A DNA stretch of 64,000 nucleotides from Kiritimatiellia bacterium (GTDB taxonomy: Bacteria; Verrucomicrobiota; Kiritimatiellia; JAAZAB01). The position numbers and the translations under genes were made by a program. The notes beneath the pieces are model-generated. The model ran no database searches. It saw nothing but the letters and a program-made list of their open reading frames with translations, and was not told where the DNA came from. The stretch covers positions 256,001-320,000 of the forward strand of contig JAXGPF010000004.1 in the NCBI GenBank assembly GCA_040767085.1. The letters run 5' to 3'. Positions 29,211 to 39,762 of the stretch are shown piece after piece; the stretch's first letter is position 1, and each line of letters opens with the position of its first letter.

Positions 29211-30638
29211 TCACCTGCGGGTGTAAATATGAATCCGGCTGTCATGGTGGCCCACCATCACAATATCGTCAGTGGCCGCGCCGGTGACTTTGGCCGCAAT
29301 AGCGCACATCGGCACGCATGTAATGGGAAAAATATCCACCGGCTGCCCGTACCGGTCAATGATATGCATGAAGCGCAGCCAGCATTCCTCGTGCCTGGCC
29401 AACTCTTCCAGGGAACAATTGGTCTTATAGCAACCGCGTACGCGCGTTACCGGGAACCCGGAATATTCCGGCTGCGCGAACTCAATTTTGCCCTTGCCGC
29501 TCCAGTTGACCAGCGCGCCGGCGGTCGTCAGCCGGCCGAAAGGAACATCATCGCAAAGACAGGTGTAGTTGTCATAAGTCCAGAGCGGTTCCCCATGGCA
29601 CGTAAACAAGTGCGACCGGCGTCGGTAAGATTCGGCGACATACACTTCTTTCCCGGGTTTATCGGGGAACAAATCGGCAACGATAATTTTCTGTACGTGG
29701 TCATAATTCACGCCATCTTCATCCTTCTTCCAGATGATATTGCCGTTTTGATCAATAATGTTCGGCCCGCAAACCAAGGCCACCTGCCGGCCATGGCAAG
29801 CGTCAGTTTCCGGCAGCACCCGATCAATGACGAAATCATCAACATGCGAATCCTTGCCCAACTCGGTCGGAACGTGTTTCCGCTATAATAGATTACCATC
29901 ACAATCAATAACCCAGAATTGGGCGACATGCTCCCGCAGCCCCATACTGAACCCCAGTTCCGGGCGGCCATCCGCATTCAAGTCCCCGTGATGCATGCAA
30001 TCAACGAAAATATCGCCCGGAGTTTTCAACTCCCAAAGCACTGTGCCGCCGGCCGTGACAGCTTTAACGCATCCTGTGTCATTTGCGTCATGCGGCTTGG
30101 TGACCGTGGCTACGATCATATTTTCGCCCCGTTGGGCGTCATAAATACAATTCCAGAGCGCACAGAGCCCGCCCAGGTCAATGGTATTTTTAATGCGCCC
30201 CGTCATGCCGTCCAGGACATAAATGGGGCCGTCGCCGACAATAACTTCTTTGCGCCCATCCTGATCAACATCCGCAATCTCCGTCAACAGATGACGATGC
30301 GCGCTCTTATACCAGACATGCACCAGATCGAAGGGTGGTTTTTCCGGATCGTTATACCAGGCATGATAAAATTTAATGTCGCGATTTTCCCAGACCATTT
30401 CACCGTCGCCGCGATAAAGCCTGACCAGATCGGCTTCGCCAATATTGAACGGAATGGCAATTTCATCCAGACCGTCGCCATCCACATCGGCGACGGCTAT
30501 ATTGCAGGAATTAATTGTCTGCTCATCAGCCAGCTTGATTACCCGGTGATGAATCCGTTCGCCGGGGAAAACAAGTTCCACGCCGGCCGGCGCCTTTAAA
30601 TAACCGTTATTAAATCTTTCTTTGATGTTATTCATCAT
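29211..30638 (-). pseudogene. FG-GAP-like/beta-propeller protein interrupted by one in-frame TAG (29883-29885)
   Basis: Both track ORFs share a frame: DGNLL*RKHVPTELGKDSHVDD; ADVDGDGLDEI, ADVDQDGRKEV, GDLNADGRPE repeats. Confidence 0.8.
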
Positions 30639-30714
30639 GCAGGCCTTTCAGCCCCCTGTTAATCTTGACCTTAAAATTAAAACGAATAAATCGCCGATGC
30701 CGGTTTGTCATTTA

Positions 30715-30780
30715 TTATCGAATGCCATACAGCGTTCCCCGCGGCAGATATTCGTAACAGCCCATGTCCGCCTGTCCGCG
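30715..30780 (-). pseudogene. 3' remnant of a choice-of-anchor-Q-like secreted protein gene
   Basis: Manual translation RGQADMGCYEYLPRGTLYGIR* matches the C-terminus of 21052-22773. Confidence 0.65.
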
Positions 30781-31080
30781 CCGCGATGCCTGTCAGGCGG
30801 AATATTCCAGGTCCATGTGCCTGACGGAAATTTGCAGGCCGACGCGGTACACCTGGCGTTGCCACTCCCCCCAACAAAGATCGCAACTCGCCGGGCGCCG
30901 TCAATTCATAAAAATTGCCGAAATGGGCGGGCGCGCATAGCCTGCGGAGTTGCATGCAAGATATAATATTTTCTTGATGATGACTCTGTTTTGTAAGCAA
31001 CGCGGCCCTTAAGCCAGCTTCACATATTTTCTTTTTGCGGATTTTGCGACCGCGGCGGCGTCTGAAATTGGTTCAGACCA

Positions 31081-33960
31081 TCACGCCTTTCTTGCCGCCA
31101 GCGTGGCGTCGAACGCCTGGTCCGTGGCCGTGTATTCCGGATTGATGGCGCCGGCCGGCGCGCGCCGCGCGAGCCAGTCCGGGTCCAGGCTCAACTCCGG
31201 CTGGAAATCCGCGCCGGCGGCATACGCCGCCATGCGGCCCAGCAAGTAGACGCTCCCCGGATCACCCGGCAAAAGATTCAACGAACACACCAGCAGCCGC
31301 CCCGCACCCATCCGGCATTCGAACAAGGCCGCCTGCTTGACAATCAGTTTGAAGGACGACACCACTTCAATGATGGGCTTAAATTCCATGGGCAAATCGT
31401 CGAACACCACGGCGGCGCCGCCCTCGAGCATGGAATAAAACTGCCAGCCGCACCAGCCGGCATGCGGGAAATCGCGCGTCAGCGGATGATCGTAAATGAC
31501 CGTCGCCATGTTACCGAGGGCACGCCCGGCGGAACAGGAGTGAAACTCGGTCGGCAATGCCGCAAAAGGATTGTGCCCGAGCAAAATGATTACTCCACCC
31601 CCGCGCAAATGCGACATCGCCGCGTCAGTCAATGCCGGCACGATCCGGATCGCTGCCGGCCGCCCGCCCGCCTCGGACTGACAAAACCGCCGCCATTTTT
31701 TTAACAAGGCTCCGTCCAGCGACACCGCCGGCGCGCCGGCCGGCTGGGGATAAACGTAAAAATCCCACAGGTTGTCCAGTTCCTGTTCCGGAGCGACCAG
31801 CCGCGCGTGCAGGGTCAGATGTTCCGCCCGCGATACCTCCGGCATCCGCAAGCTAATCGTCCCCAGTTTGCGGATTTGCCCGGGCGCCAGATTGCGGAAC
31901 GGCAATGTGCCGCGCGCGCGCGTCAACCCCGCATCATCCGCCAGCCGCCACTCCACCAGCCCGTTTTTGACCCGGGCGGGCGCGAACCACGACACATGCA
32001 AATCCCAGGCCGCGGCGGCGCCGGCGTTAAAATTACGCCGCGGTCCCGCATCCAGCAGCAGCGCGCTTTCGCCGTTCGACCGCCGGAAATTTTCGGCGGA
32101 CTCGCCCGGTTTGATTTCGTAAAATTCATTCATCACTCCGCAGGGATAGCCATACCGGTGCCAATGATGATCGTAGGCGCCCAGGTGATCGTAGCCGGAG
32201 ACGGTTTGGCACATGCGGGCGGTTTCAAGATTGTATTTGTACAACAGGCGCGCCCAGGCGCACGAGTTGCGGTAATAGCGGGCCGCGCGGCTGAGCAACC
32301 CGGCCCGCGCCAGGTAACGGCAGGCCGTAGCGTATAATGCCGTCCCGATCCGCGTGCCGGCATACCGGTTTTCAAGGTCCAAATCCAGGTAGGTGCCGGT
32401 AATGCCGATTTCGTGCGCCAGGCAGGGCCGCTGATACGCCTTCAACCGGCGGTCAATGACGCGCCTATCGCCGCGGCTGATGGAATGGGTGTAGCTGAGC
32501 ATGCCCCAGCAATAAGGCGCGAATACATCGGCGAATTTTTTCAATTGCGCTAATTTGCCCGGGTGATGCGGATAAGGCCGGGCGACAGCCCCCGGGCCCA
32601 AATGCGCCGGATCGCCATATTCCACACCGCGCAGGGCGGATTGGGGATTAAACAGCGCATCCGGCGCCTCCCGCCGCGCAATAACCGCCATCCGCCGCAG
32701 CATTTTCAGCCGTGGCGCATCAATGCATTCCTCGTTCCCGCAGGCATACAGGACCACCGCGGGATGGGTGCGGCCGTGGCGCAAAATTCGCCGCCAATCG
32801 GCAGCATCGAATCCGTGATACGCCTCAAGTTGTACCAGCATCCCGGCTTCATCCGCCGCCTTCAAGTAAGCCTCCCCCGGGACCCAGGTGTGGAAACGGA
32901 TCCAATTATAACCCAATTCCTTTAACTTCCGGCAATTTTCCAGGTAAAAAGCCTGATCCAGCGGCGGCGTGGTTGTCAGCGGAAAATACCCATGCTCGCA
33001 CATGCCGCGCAAATACAACGGCTGGCCGTTCAAAAAGAGTTGATTCCCGCGGCGTTCCAGCAGGCGCAACCCGAATGGCTGTTCGACTTGATCAAGCAGT
33101 TCATTTTCGCGCCATAATTCGCAGATTGCTCGATATAGCCGCGGATCGCGGTCAGACCAGCAGATCACATCCTGGGCGGAGGTCGTCCATCTGGCTGTGC
33201 GTCCACGCGCCAGCGCAGCCCCGTCCAGCACCGTCCGCCCCGAATTCCATTCCGCCAGCCGGTAGCGCGTCTGCAAATTCCGTGCCTCTCCCGCGCCCGC
33301 CACGTCAACCTGCCATTGGATGGCCCGACCGCCGGCCGCCGGTTGCAAGTAAAAGTTTTCCAGCAGCGCCTGCCTTGTGATCTTCAACGTCACCGGGCCG
33401 CAAATCCCGGCGCTGTAACCGGCGTAGCCGCGCAAGTCGCAGCTCTCTTTGTCATGCGCAAGATTTGACACCGCCAGAACCAGGTCATTGGCGCCCGGTT
33501 TTACCCAGGGGTCCAGCCGTACCGTAAACGGCAAGCGATGCGTTGTCTGATGCGCCAGGCAACGGCCGTTCAGCCACACCCAGCCCTCGCCGACAACGCC
33601 GCCCACCGTCAACATCACCCGGCTGTGCCGGTCCAGCCCGTCTATCTTCACTGTCCGCCGGTACCAGCCTGTTCCAAGCAGATATGGCAGGGTCGTATTG
33701 GGTGGATGGGTGCCCATGGGAAACTCCACCGGCCGGTAATCGGGATTAAAACGCGCTTTGCTCCAACTTGTCAGTCTCCGCAACCGGTCGAGATGATCGT
33801 CCCAGTTTCCCGGCGCCGGCATGGCGGCTGCAAATTCCCCGGGCGCGGGCATAATATCCGGCGGGGCCGCGTCCGGCGGCTGGTAAGCGAACGCCCAATC
33901 CCCGCTCAAATCCACCGGCATCGGCAACCCCTTTTGCGCATTAATCATAAAACGCTCCAT
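31081..33960 (-). CDS. Glycoside hydrolase family 2-like protein (paralog of 510-3374)
   Basis: DLSGDWAF, GWYRR, WSDRDPRLY, FGLR, LNGQPLYLRG, GYNWIRFHTW, YACGNEE; shared C-terminal HP....FPH.G.C..QFY. Confidence 0.85.
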   Translation of the reverse strand: MERFMINAQKGLPMPVDLSGDWAFAYQPPDAAPPDIMPAPGEFAAAMPAPGNWDDHLDRLRRLTSWSKARFNPDYRPVEFPMGTHPPNTTLPYLLGTGWYRRTVKIDGLDRHSRVMLTVGGVVGEGWVWLNGRCLAHQTTHRLPFTVRLDPWVKPGANDLVLAVSNLAHDKESCDLRGYAGYSAGICGPVTLKITRQALLENFYLQPAAGGRAIQWQVDVAGAGEARNLQTRYRLAEWNSGRTVLDGAALARGRTARWTTSAQDVICWSDRDPRLYRAICELWRENELLDQVEQPFGLRLLERRGNQLFLNGQPLYLRGMCEHGYFPLTTTPPLDQAFYLENCRKLKELGYNWIRFHTWVPGEAYLKAADEAGMLVQLEAYHGFDAADWRRILRHGRTHPAVVLYACGNEECIDAPRLKMLRRMAVIARREAPDALFNPQSALRGVEYGDPAHLGPGAVARPYPHHPGKLAQLKKFADVFAPYCWGMLSYTHSISRGDRRVIDRRLKAYQRPCLAHEIGITGTYLDLDLENRYAGTRIGTALYATACRYLARAGLLSRAARYYRNSCAWARLLYKYNLETARMCQTVSGYDHLGAYDHHWHRYGYPCGVMNEFYEIKPGESAENFRRSNGESALLLDAGPRRNFNAGAAAAWDLHVSWFAPARVKNGLVEWRLADDAGLTRARGTLPFRNLAPGQIRKLGTISLRMPEVSRAEHLTLHARLVAPEQELDNLWDFYVYPQPAGAPAVSLDGALLKKWRRFCQSEAGGRPAAIRIVPALTDAAMSHLRGGGVIILLGHNPFAALPTEFHSCSAGRALGNMATVIYDHPLTRDFPHAGWCGWQFYSMLEGGAAVVFDDLPMEFKPIIEVVSSFKLIVKQAALFECRMGAGRLLVCSLNLLPGDPGSVYLLGRMAAYAAGADFQPELSLDPDWLARRAPAGAINPEYTATDQAFDATLAARKA

Positions 33961-34295
33961 TCCATCCCGGCCTTTTTCCAATATGGCCGGATATCCACCA
34001 CCCTGCCCGTTGCCAGGGCTTCATCGGCGGCGTAAGCGGGCAAACAAGAGTTGATGCCATCGCGCATGCCGGCGCAGGGCGGCGCGCCGTCAACGATCGT
34101 GGCGGCAAACTCCGCGTGCATGATGCGGGCGCCCCCGGCATGGCCTCCGACGTGATCACACGCGCCTTCAGCCCGGTAGTAATGGAGTTTGCGGAAATGC
34201 GGCGAACAACGCATGACCATGCCGAGGGCGAATTTCATGCCCGTGGCCCGCTGCGCCTTTTGCATGCCCAGGAATTTATATTCAGTATGGCACAA
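33945..34295 (-). pseudogene. Gfo/Idh/MocA oxidoreductase fragment
   Basis: AQRATGMKFALGMVMRCSPHFRKL (middle segment) fused to GGHAGG...AEFAATIVDG...DGINSCL.AYAADEALATGRVVDI (C-terminus); no Rossmann motif. Confidence 0.65.
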
Positions 34296-34417
34296 ACAGT
34301 TTGATCAGAAAACAGCTAATTATCCATAATTTTTGGCAATCTGTCCCAGGGGTAGACAATGCTGGAATACGGTCAAAATCCGGGGTGCGGCAGCGCGACA
34401 CAGTCCGGAATGCAATT

Positions 34418-34446
34418 TTGGACTGCGGTGGCTCGACACCGCTTTG
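34418..34446 (+). repeat. Single REP-like palindrome ttggactgcggtggctcgacaccgctttg
   Basis: GCGGTG/CACCGC stem just downstream of the 34462 stop. Confidence 0.4.
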
Positions 34447-34461
34447 CTGCATGCGGCCGGA

Positions 34462-35646
34462 TCAGATTTCCACAATCTTCTGATACTTGGTGGAAAACAC
34501 TTCCACCCCGCCGGCCTTGATGCGGGCGCCGGTCTCCCAACGCAGACCGTATGTCTTCGCGGCCAGAAATGTGTCCACCTGGAAGGTCATGTTGGCGCGC
34601 AGCGGGTATTCCGAAGTGGTTTCCATCCAGGGGCGTTCGACTTCAATCATGCCCAGGCCGTGGCACGGCCCATACAGCAGGTTCCGGCCATAGCCGCGTT
34701 TCTTGACGAAGTCGAAAAACTTGCAGGCCACCTGCCCTGCCGGCACGCCGGCCTTCATCCAACTGATGGTCTTGAGATGCGCTTCCAAGCCGAACTTCAC
34801 CAAATCCTTCATCTTGGCGTCCATCTTGCCCATGCAGATCGGCAGGCCAATGCTGGGCGAATAGCCGTTAAACCGCGCGCCGATATTCAATTGCACCAGT
34901 TCCCCCGCCTTGATCACCCGGTGGCCAGGCCGGCCGATGGCGTGCGTGCTGTTGATCCCGGCCAGCACGTAGGTCGGATGCGCTTCGTATTCCGCGCCGG
35001 CATGGTAAAATGCCTGCTGCGCGATGCCTACCACCTGCAGCTCAGTCATGCCGGGCTTGATGTTGTTCAACACCGCTTCCACGGCCGCCTCGGAAATCTT
35101 GAAGGCCTGGCGCAGCATGGCAATTTCCGCATCGCTCTTGATCATGCGCATCTCGAACATCAACTCGTCGGCCTTGACGATTTTAGCGTCGGGCAGGGCG
35201 GCTTTGATTGCCTCAAAAATCGTGATCGGCATGGCAGGATACCCGGCGATGCCCAGTTTGCGCACGCCTTTCCCGCCGTTGGCCTTGCGGAAAATTTCCT
35301 CAAAGCTGTCCAGCTTGATCCCTGGATAATTCGGTTCCGCCGATTCGCGGTAATATAGAATCTTGCGGATGTCGCCGATGACGCTGTGATCGCGGGCAAA
35401 GGTTTCGCTTTCCGGGCCGATGATCAGCAACGGCCGGCCGGTCGCCGGCAGAAACACCCCCGCCGACTCGAAAAGCGGCCAGTAATTGGAGAGATAACGC
35501 ACGTTGGCGAAATCCGCCTCGTTGCTGTGGACCAGCAAGGCATCCAGGCCCCGCGCCCGGATTTTGCGCTGCAACCGGGCGTAGCGATTGCGGTACTCGC
35601 TCATCGGAAATTGTTTCAATACCTTCGTTTTTTTCGCTCTGGCCAT
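34462..35646 (-). CDS. M24 (Xaa-Pro peptidase/creatinase fold) family protein
   Basis: GLDALLV, NVRYLSNY, MRMIKSDAEI, IKPGMTE, HGLG, GLRWE. Confidence 0.88.
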   Translation of the reverse strand: MARAKKTKVLKQFPMSEYRNRYARLQRKIRARGLDALLVHSNEADFANVRYLSNYWPLFESAGVFLPATGRPLLIIGPESETFARDHSVIGDIRKILYYRESAEPNYPGIKLDSFEEIFRKANGGKGVRKLGIAGYPAMPITIFEAIKAALPDAKIVKADELMFEMRMIKSDAEIAMLRQAFKISEAAVEAVLNNIKPGMTELQVVGIAQQAFYHAGAEYEAHPTYVLAGINSTHAIGRPGHRVIKAGELVQLNIGARFNGYSPSIGLPICMGKMDAKMKDLVKFGLEAHLKTISWMKAGVPAGQVACKFFDFVKKRGYGRNLLYGPCHGLGMIEVERPWMETTSEYPLRANMTFQVDTFLAAKTYGLRWETGARIKAGGVEVFSTKYQKIVEI

Positions 35647-35844
35647 GACTTTCCCTTTCTTGCGTAATGCCGGCAATCATACCCGATAAAACACATTTAT
35701 CATACGGAACACTGCTCGATTATGCAAGTCATTATTTCCCTCTCCAGATACTGCTTGTAATTTTTTTTTATTTTTGCACAATGCCGGCATTTGACCCCGG
35801 CGGCGCAACCGGCGCGCCGGCGGGCCATCCGGAAGGCGCAGCAC

Positions 35845-37677
35845 ATGGCGAAAAAAACCAAACCGGCACAGCATGTTTACGACGAGAGCAAGGTTAAAAC
35901 GCTTTCCTCGCTCGAACACATCCGCCTGCGCACCGGAATGTATATCGGCCGCACCGGCGATGGCAGCCACTACGAAGACGGCATTTACATCCTGCTCAAG
36001 GAAGTGCTGGATAACGCCGTGGACGAGTTCATCATGGGCCATGGCCGGAAAATCGACATCGCCGTCGAAAACGGCCGCGTTCGCGTCCGCGATTACGGCC
36101 GGGGCATCCCGCTGGGCAAGGTGGTGGAATGCGTTTCGCGCATCAATACCGGCGCGAAGTACAACGACGATGTGTTCCAGTTCAGCGTCGGCCTGAACGG
36201 CGTCGGCACCAAAGCCGTCAACGCCCTCTCCGCCGAATTCTTCGTGCGCAGCCACCGCGACGGCAAATTCGCCGAGGCGCGTTTCGCAAGCGGCCGGCTG
36301 GTTGCGCGGAAAGAAGGGAAAAACGCCGCCGAAGCCGATGGCACGCTGATTGAATTCGCGCCCGACCCCAAAATCTTTGCGGCTTACGCCTTCCAGGAGG
36401 AGCACCTGCTGCGGCGGCTGCGGTTTTACGCCTACCTGAATGCCGGGTTGATCCTCCATTACAACGGCCAGACCGTCGTGGCCCAGGACGGCCTGCTGGA
36501 CCTGATTCGGCAGGAAAGCCACTTCGAAAAAATCTACCCGCCGCTCCATTGCCGCGCCCAGAACCTGGAAATGGCGTTCACCCACACCAACCGGTTCGAC
36601 GAACAGTTTTACTCGTTCGTCAACGGCCAGTTCACAACCGACGGCGGCACGCACCTGAGCGCCTTCAAGGAAGGCCTGCTGAAGGGCATCAACGAATACT
36701 CCAAGCAGCATTTCACCAGCGACGATATCCGCGAAGGCATCGTGGCGGCCATTGCCATCCGCGTCAAGGATCCGGTTTTCGAATCGCAGACGAAACACAA
36801 ACTCGGCAACACCGAAATCCGCGCCCCGCTCGTGGCGCAGGTCCGCGACCTGGCGGCCGACCTGCTGCACCGCAACGCCGGCCATGCGGAAAAACTCCTC
36901 GCCAAGCTCGCGGAAACCCGCAAACTGCGGGAAGAACTGCTGAATGTAAAAAAAATGGCGCGGGAACGCTCGAAAGCCGTTTCCATCCGCATTCCGCAGC
37001 TCCGCGACTGCAAGCTGCATTACAACCGGAAAAAGCAAACCGGACTCGACTCGACCATCTTCATCACCGAAGGCCAGTCGGCGGCCGGCTCGATCGTAAG
37101 CTGCCGCGATGCCGCCCGCCAGGCTATTTTCACCCTGCGCGGCAAACCGCTGAACGTCTGCAACCTGAACCGCGACGCGCTTTACAAGAACACTGAAATG
37201 TACAACCTGATGTGCAGCCTGGACATCGAGGAATCCGTGGACAACCTGCGTTACGCGCGGGTGGTGATGGCCACGGACGCCGATGTGGACGGCTTGCACA
37301 TCCGCAATCTCCTGATCACTTTCTTCCAGCGCTTTTTCGTCCGCTTGCTGGAGGAAGAACATCTGTACATTCTCGAAACACCGCTCTTCCGCGTGCGCGA
37401 CAAGCGCCAGACCATGTACTGCTATTCCGAGGCCGAGCGCCAAGCGGCCCTGGGCCAGCTGGGCCGTTCCGCGGAAATCACGCGGTTCAAGGGCCTGGGC
37501 GAAATTTCGCCGGCCGAATTCAAGGACTTCATCGGACCGGATATCCGCCTGACGCCGGTGCCCGCCGGCAACCAGGACACCCTCGATGAAATCATTGAAT
37601 TCTACATGGGCAACAATACCCAGGAGCGGCGCGATTATATCATGCGGAACCTGACCATTGACCGGGAGGCGGTGTAG
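35845..37677 (+). CDS. parE: DNA topoisomerase IV subunit B (short type)
   Basis: EHIRLRTGMYIG, EVLDNAVDE, DYGRGIP, GLNGVG, LRGKPLN, TDADVDG, RFKGLGE. Confidence 0.9.
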   Translation: MAKKTKPAQHVYDESKVKTLSSLEHIRLRTGMYIGRTGDGSHYEDGIYILLKEVLDNAVDEFIMGHGRKIDIAVENGRVRVRDYGRGIPLGKVVECVSRINTGAKYNDDVFQFSVGLNGVGTKAVNALSAEFFVRSHRDGKFAEARFASGRLVARKEGKNAAEADGTLIEFAPDPKIFAAYAFQEEHLLRRLRFYAYLNAGLILHYNGQTVVAQDGLLDLIRQESHFEKIYPPLHCRAQNLEMAFTHTNRFDEQFYSFVNGQFTTDGGTHLSAFKEGLLKGINEYSKQHFTSDDIREGIVAAIAIRVKDPVFESQTKHKLGNTEIRAPLVAQVRDLAADLLHRNAGHAEKLLAKLAETRKLREELLNVKKMARERSKAVSIRIPQLRDCKLHYNRKKQTGLDSTIFITEGQSAAGSIVSCRDAARQAIFTLRGKPLNVCNLNRDALYKNTEMYNLMCSLDIEESVDNLRYARVVMATDADVDGLHIRNLLITFFQRFFVRLLEEEHLYILETPLFRVRDKRQTMYCYSEAERQAALGQLGRSAEITRFKGLGEISPAEFKDFIGPDIRLTPVPAGNQDTLDEIIEFYMGNNTQERRDYIMRNLTIDREAV

Positions 37678-37683
37678 CGTCCG

Positions 37684-39762
37684 ATGAAAAAACCTCCCGA
37701 CCAGCCGGAATTGAATTTCACCGGCAGCCCGCCTGCCCCCGCGCAGGATAACACTCCTCCGGCGTCCCGGAAACCTCCAGCCCCGCCGGCGGATCCCGGA
37801 CCGGCCGCCTTGCACACCCCTTCCGGCCGGACCGCTTTCCAGCGCCTGGTGGACGGCAATTTCCTGCAGTACGCCTCCTACGTGATCTGCGACCGCGCCA
37901 TTCCCTGCGTGGAAGACGGGTTGAAGCCCGTCCAGCGCAGGATTCTGCATTCCCTGCATGAAAAAGACGACGGCCGGTTCATCAAGGTCGCCAACGTCGT
38001 GGGCCACACCATGCAATACCACCCGCACGGCGACGCTTCCATCACCGACGCCCTGGTGGCCATCGTCAACCGGGGCTACCTGATCGAAGGCCAGGGTAAT
38101 TTCGGCAATATCCATACCGGCGACGGCGCCGCCGCCCCGCGCTACATCGAATGCCGCCTGACGCCGCTCGCCCGCGCGGAGCTGTTCAACGACGCCATCA
38201 CCGATTATACCCCCAGCTACGACGGCCGCAACAAGGAACCGCTGCTGTTACCAGTCAAACTGCCCCTGCTGCTCATGCTGGGCGCCGAGGGCATCGCCGT
38301 CGGCCTTTCCACACGCATCCTGCCCCACAATTTTATCGAACTGCTGGAAGCCCAGATCGCCGTGCTGAAACGCAAACCGTTCCGGCTGCTCCCCGATTTC
38401 CAGCAGGGCGGCCTGATGGACGTCGCCGCCTACGACAAGGGCAACGGCAAGGTCCGCGTGCGCGCCGCCATCCAGCCCCGCCCCCCCGGCAAACTCGCGG
38501 TCACGGAACTGCCCTTCGGCGTCACCACCGAGTCGCTGATCGCCTCCATCGAAGATGCCGTGCGGCGCCAGAAAGTTCCCGTGAAGGCGATCACCGATTT
38601 CACTTCCGAGAAGGTCGAAATCGAACTGGCGCTGAAGCCGGACGCCGATCCGGAAAAAGCCATGGCGGCGCTCTACGCCTTCACCGCCTGCGAGACGGCC
38701 ATCAGCTGCCGCGCCATCGTCCTGTGCGACAACCGGCCGGTGGAAACCGACGTGGACGCCATCATCGCGGAAAACACCGCCCGCCTGCTGCGCACCCTGC
38801 AACGCGAACTGGAACTGAAGCAGCATAATCTCCAGGAAGAATGCCATGCCAAAACCCTGGCGCAGATATTTATCGAGCATCGGCTGTACAAAGCCATCGA
38901 AGCCTGCAAAACCGCCGCCGCGGTGGAGCAGGCCGTTGTCACCGGGCTGGCGCCGTTCCGCCGGCAATTGCGCCGCGATATCACCCCGGCCGACATCGAG
39001 ATGCTCCTGGGCATCCGCATCCGCCGCATCTCCCTCTTCGATATTAATAAAAACCGCAAGGACATCGAAGCCATCCTCCAGGAATTGAAGCAGGTGGCCA
39101 AAAACCTCGCCAGTTTGAAAGCCTATGCCATCCGCTATTTGTCCGACCTGATCAAGCAGCAGGGCGCGGCCTGCCAGCGCCGGACCCGGATCGCCGATTT
39201 TGGCGAAATCGCCGTGCGGGAATTAACCGCGCGGGAACTGGAAGTTTTCCACGACCGGGAAAACGGTTACATCGGCAGCGGGGTGAAAGGCGAATCGGTC
39301 CTGCATTGTTCGCCGTACGACAAGCTGATCCTGGCCTGGGATGACGGCCGTTATAAGGCGGCGCCGCCGCCGGAAAAACTTTTTGTCGGCAAAAACCTGG
39401 CCTACCTGGCGCAATATGACCGCAACCGGCTGATGACCATCGTGTACACCGTGGACCACTTTGCCTATGTCAAACGCTTCGCTTACGGGGGCGTGATCAT
39501 GGAGAAGGAATACCGGTGCGCGCCGGAAGGCGCCCGGATCCTGCTCCTGACCGATCAACCGGTGAAGGAAGTGTACGTCAAGTACGCCCCCGCCAAGGGT
39601 CAGAAAATCCATCAGCAGGTATTCCGGCTCGATCAGATCGCCGTCAAGGGCGTCAAGGCCCAGGGCAACCGGATGACCGCCAAGACCATCGCCCGCCTGG
39701 CCACGGATAAACCGCGCTGGTGGGACGAAACCCAGGCCGCCCCCGCCGGCGTGCTGCTTTAA
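37684..39762 (+). CDS. parC: DNA topoisomerase IV subunit A
   Basis: DRAIP..EDGLKPVQRRIL, YHPHGD, GQGNFG, AAPRYIE (catalytic Tyr); short CTD with no GyrA-box seen. Confidence 0.9.
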   Translation: MKKPPDQPELNFTGSPPAPAQDNTPPASRKPPAPPADPGPAALHTPSGRTAFQRLVDGNFLQYASYVICDRAIPCVEDGLKPVQRRILHSLHEKDDGRFIKVANVVGHTMQYHPHGDASITDALVAIVNRGYLIEGQGNFGNIHTGDGAAAPRYIECRLTPLARAELFNDAITDYTPSYDGRNKEPLLLPVKLPLLLMLGAEGIAVGLSTRILPHNFIELLEAQIAVLKRKPFRLLPDFQQGGLMDVAAYDKGNGKVRVRAAIQPRPPGKLAVTELPFGVTTESLIASIEDAVRRQKVPVKAITDFTSEKVEIELALKPDADPEKAMAALYAFTACETAISCRAIVLCDNRPVETDVDAIIAENTARLLRTLQRELELKQHNLQEECHAKTLAQIFIEHRLYKAIEACKTAAAVEQAVVTGLAPFRRQLRRDITPADIEMLLGIRIRRISLFDINKNRKDIEAILQELKQVAKNLASLKAYAIRYLSDLIKQQGAACQRRTRIADFGEIAVRELTARELEVFHDRENGYIGSGVKGESVLHCSPYDKLILAWDDGRYKAAPPPEKLFVGKNLAYLAQYDRNRLMTIVYTVDHFAYVKRFAYGGVIMEKEYRCAPEGARILLLTDQPVKEVYVKYAPAKGQKIHQQVFRLDQIAVKGVKAQGNRMTAKTIARLATDKPRWWDETQAAPAGVLL

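Noticed and set aside
29883..29885. Pyrrolysine or genome-wide TAG recoding
   Set aside because: The position corresponds to Trp, TAG terminates other genes here, and no pyl genes are in the window.
35677..38115. 812-aa antisense ORF and similar long shadow ORFs (2055-3575, 5089-6537, 6503-8065, 22901-24226)
   Set aside because: They overlap motif-supported genes on the opposite strand, which is expected in high-GC DNA.
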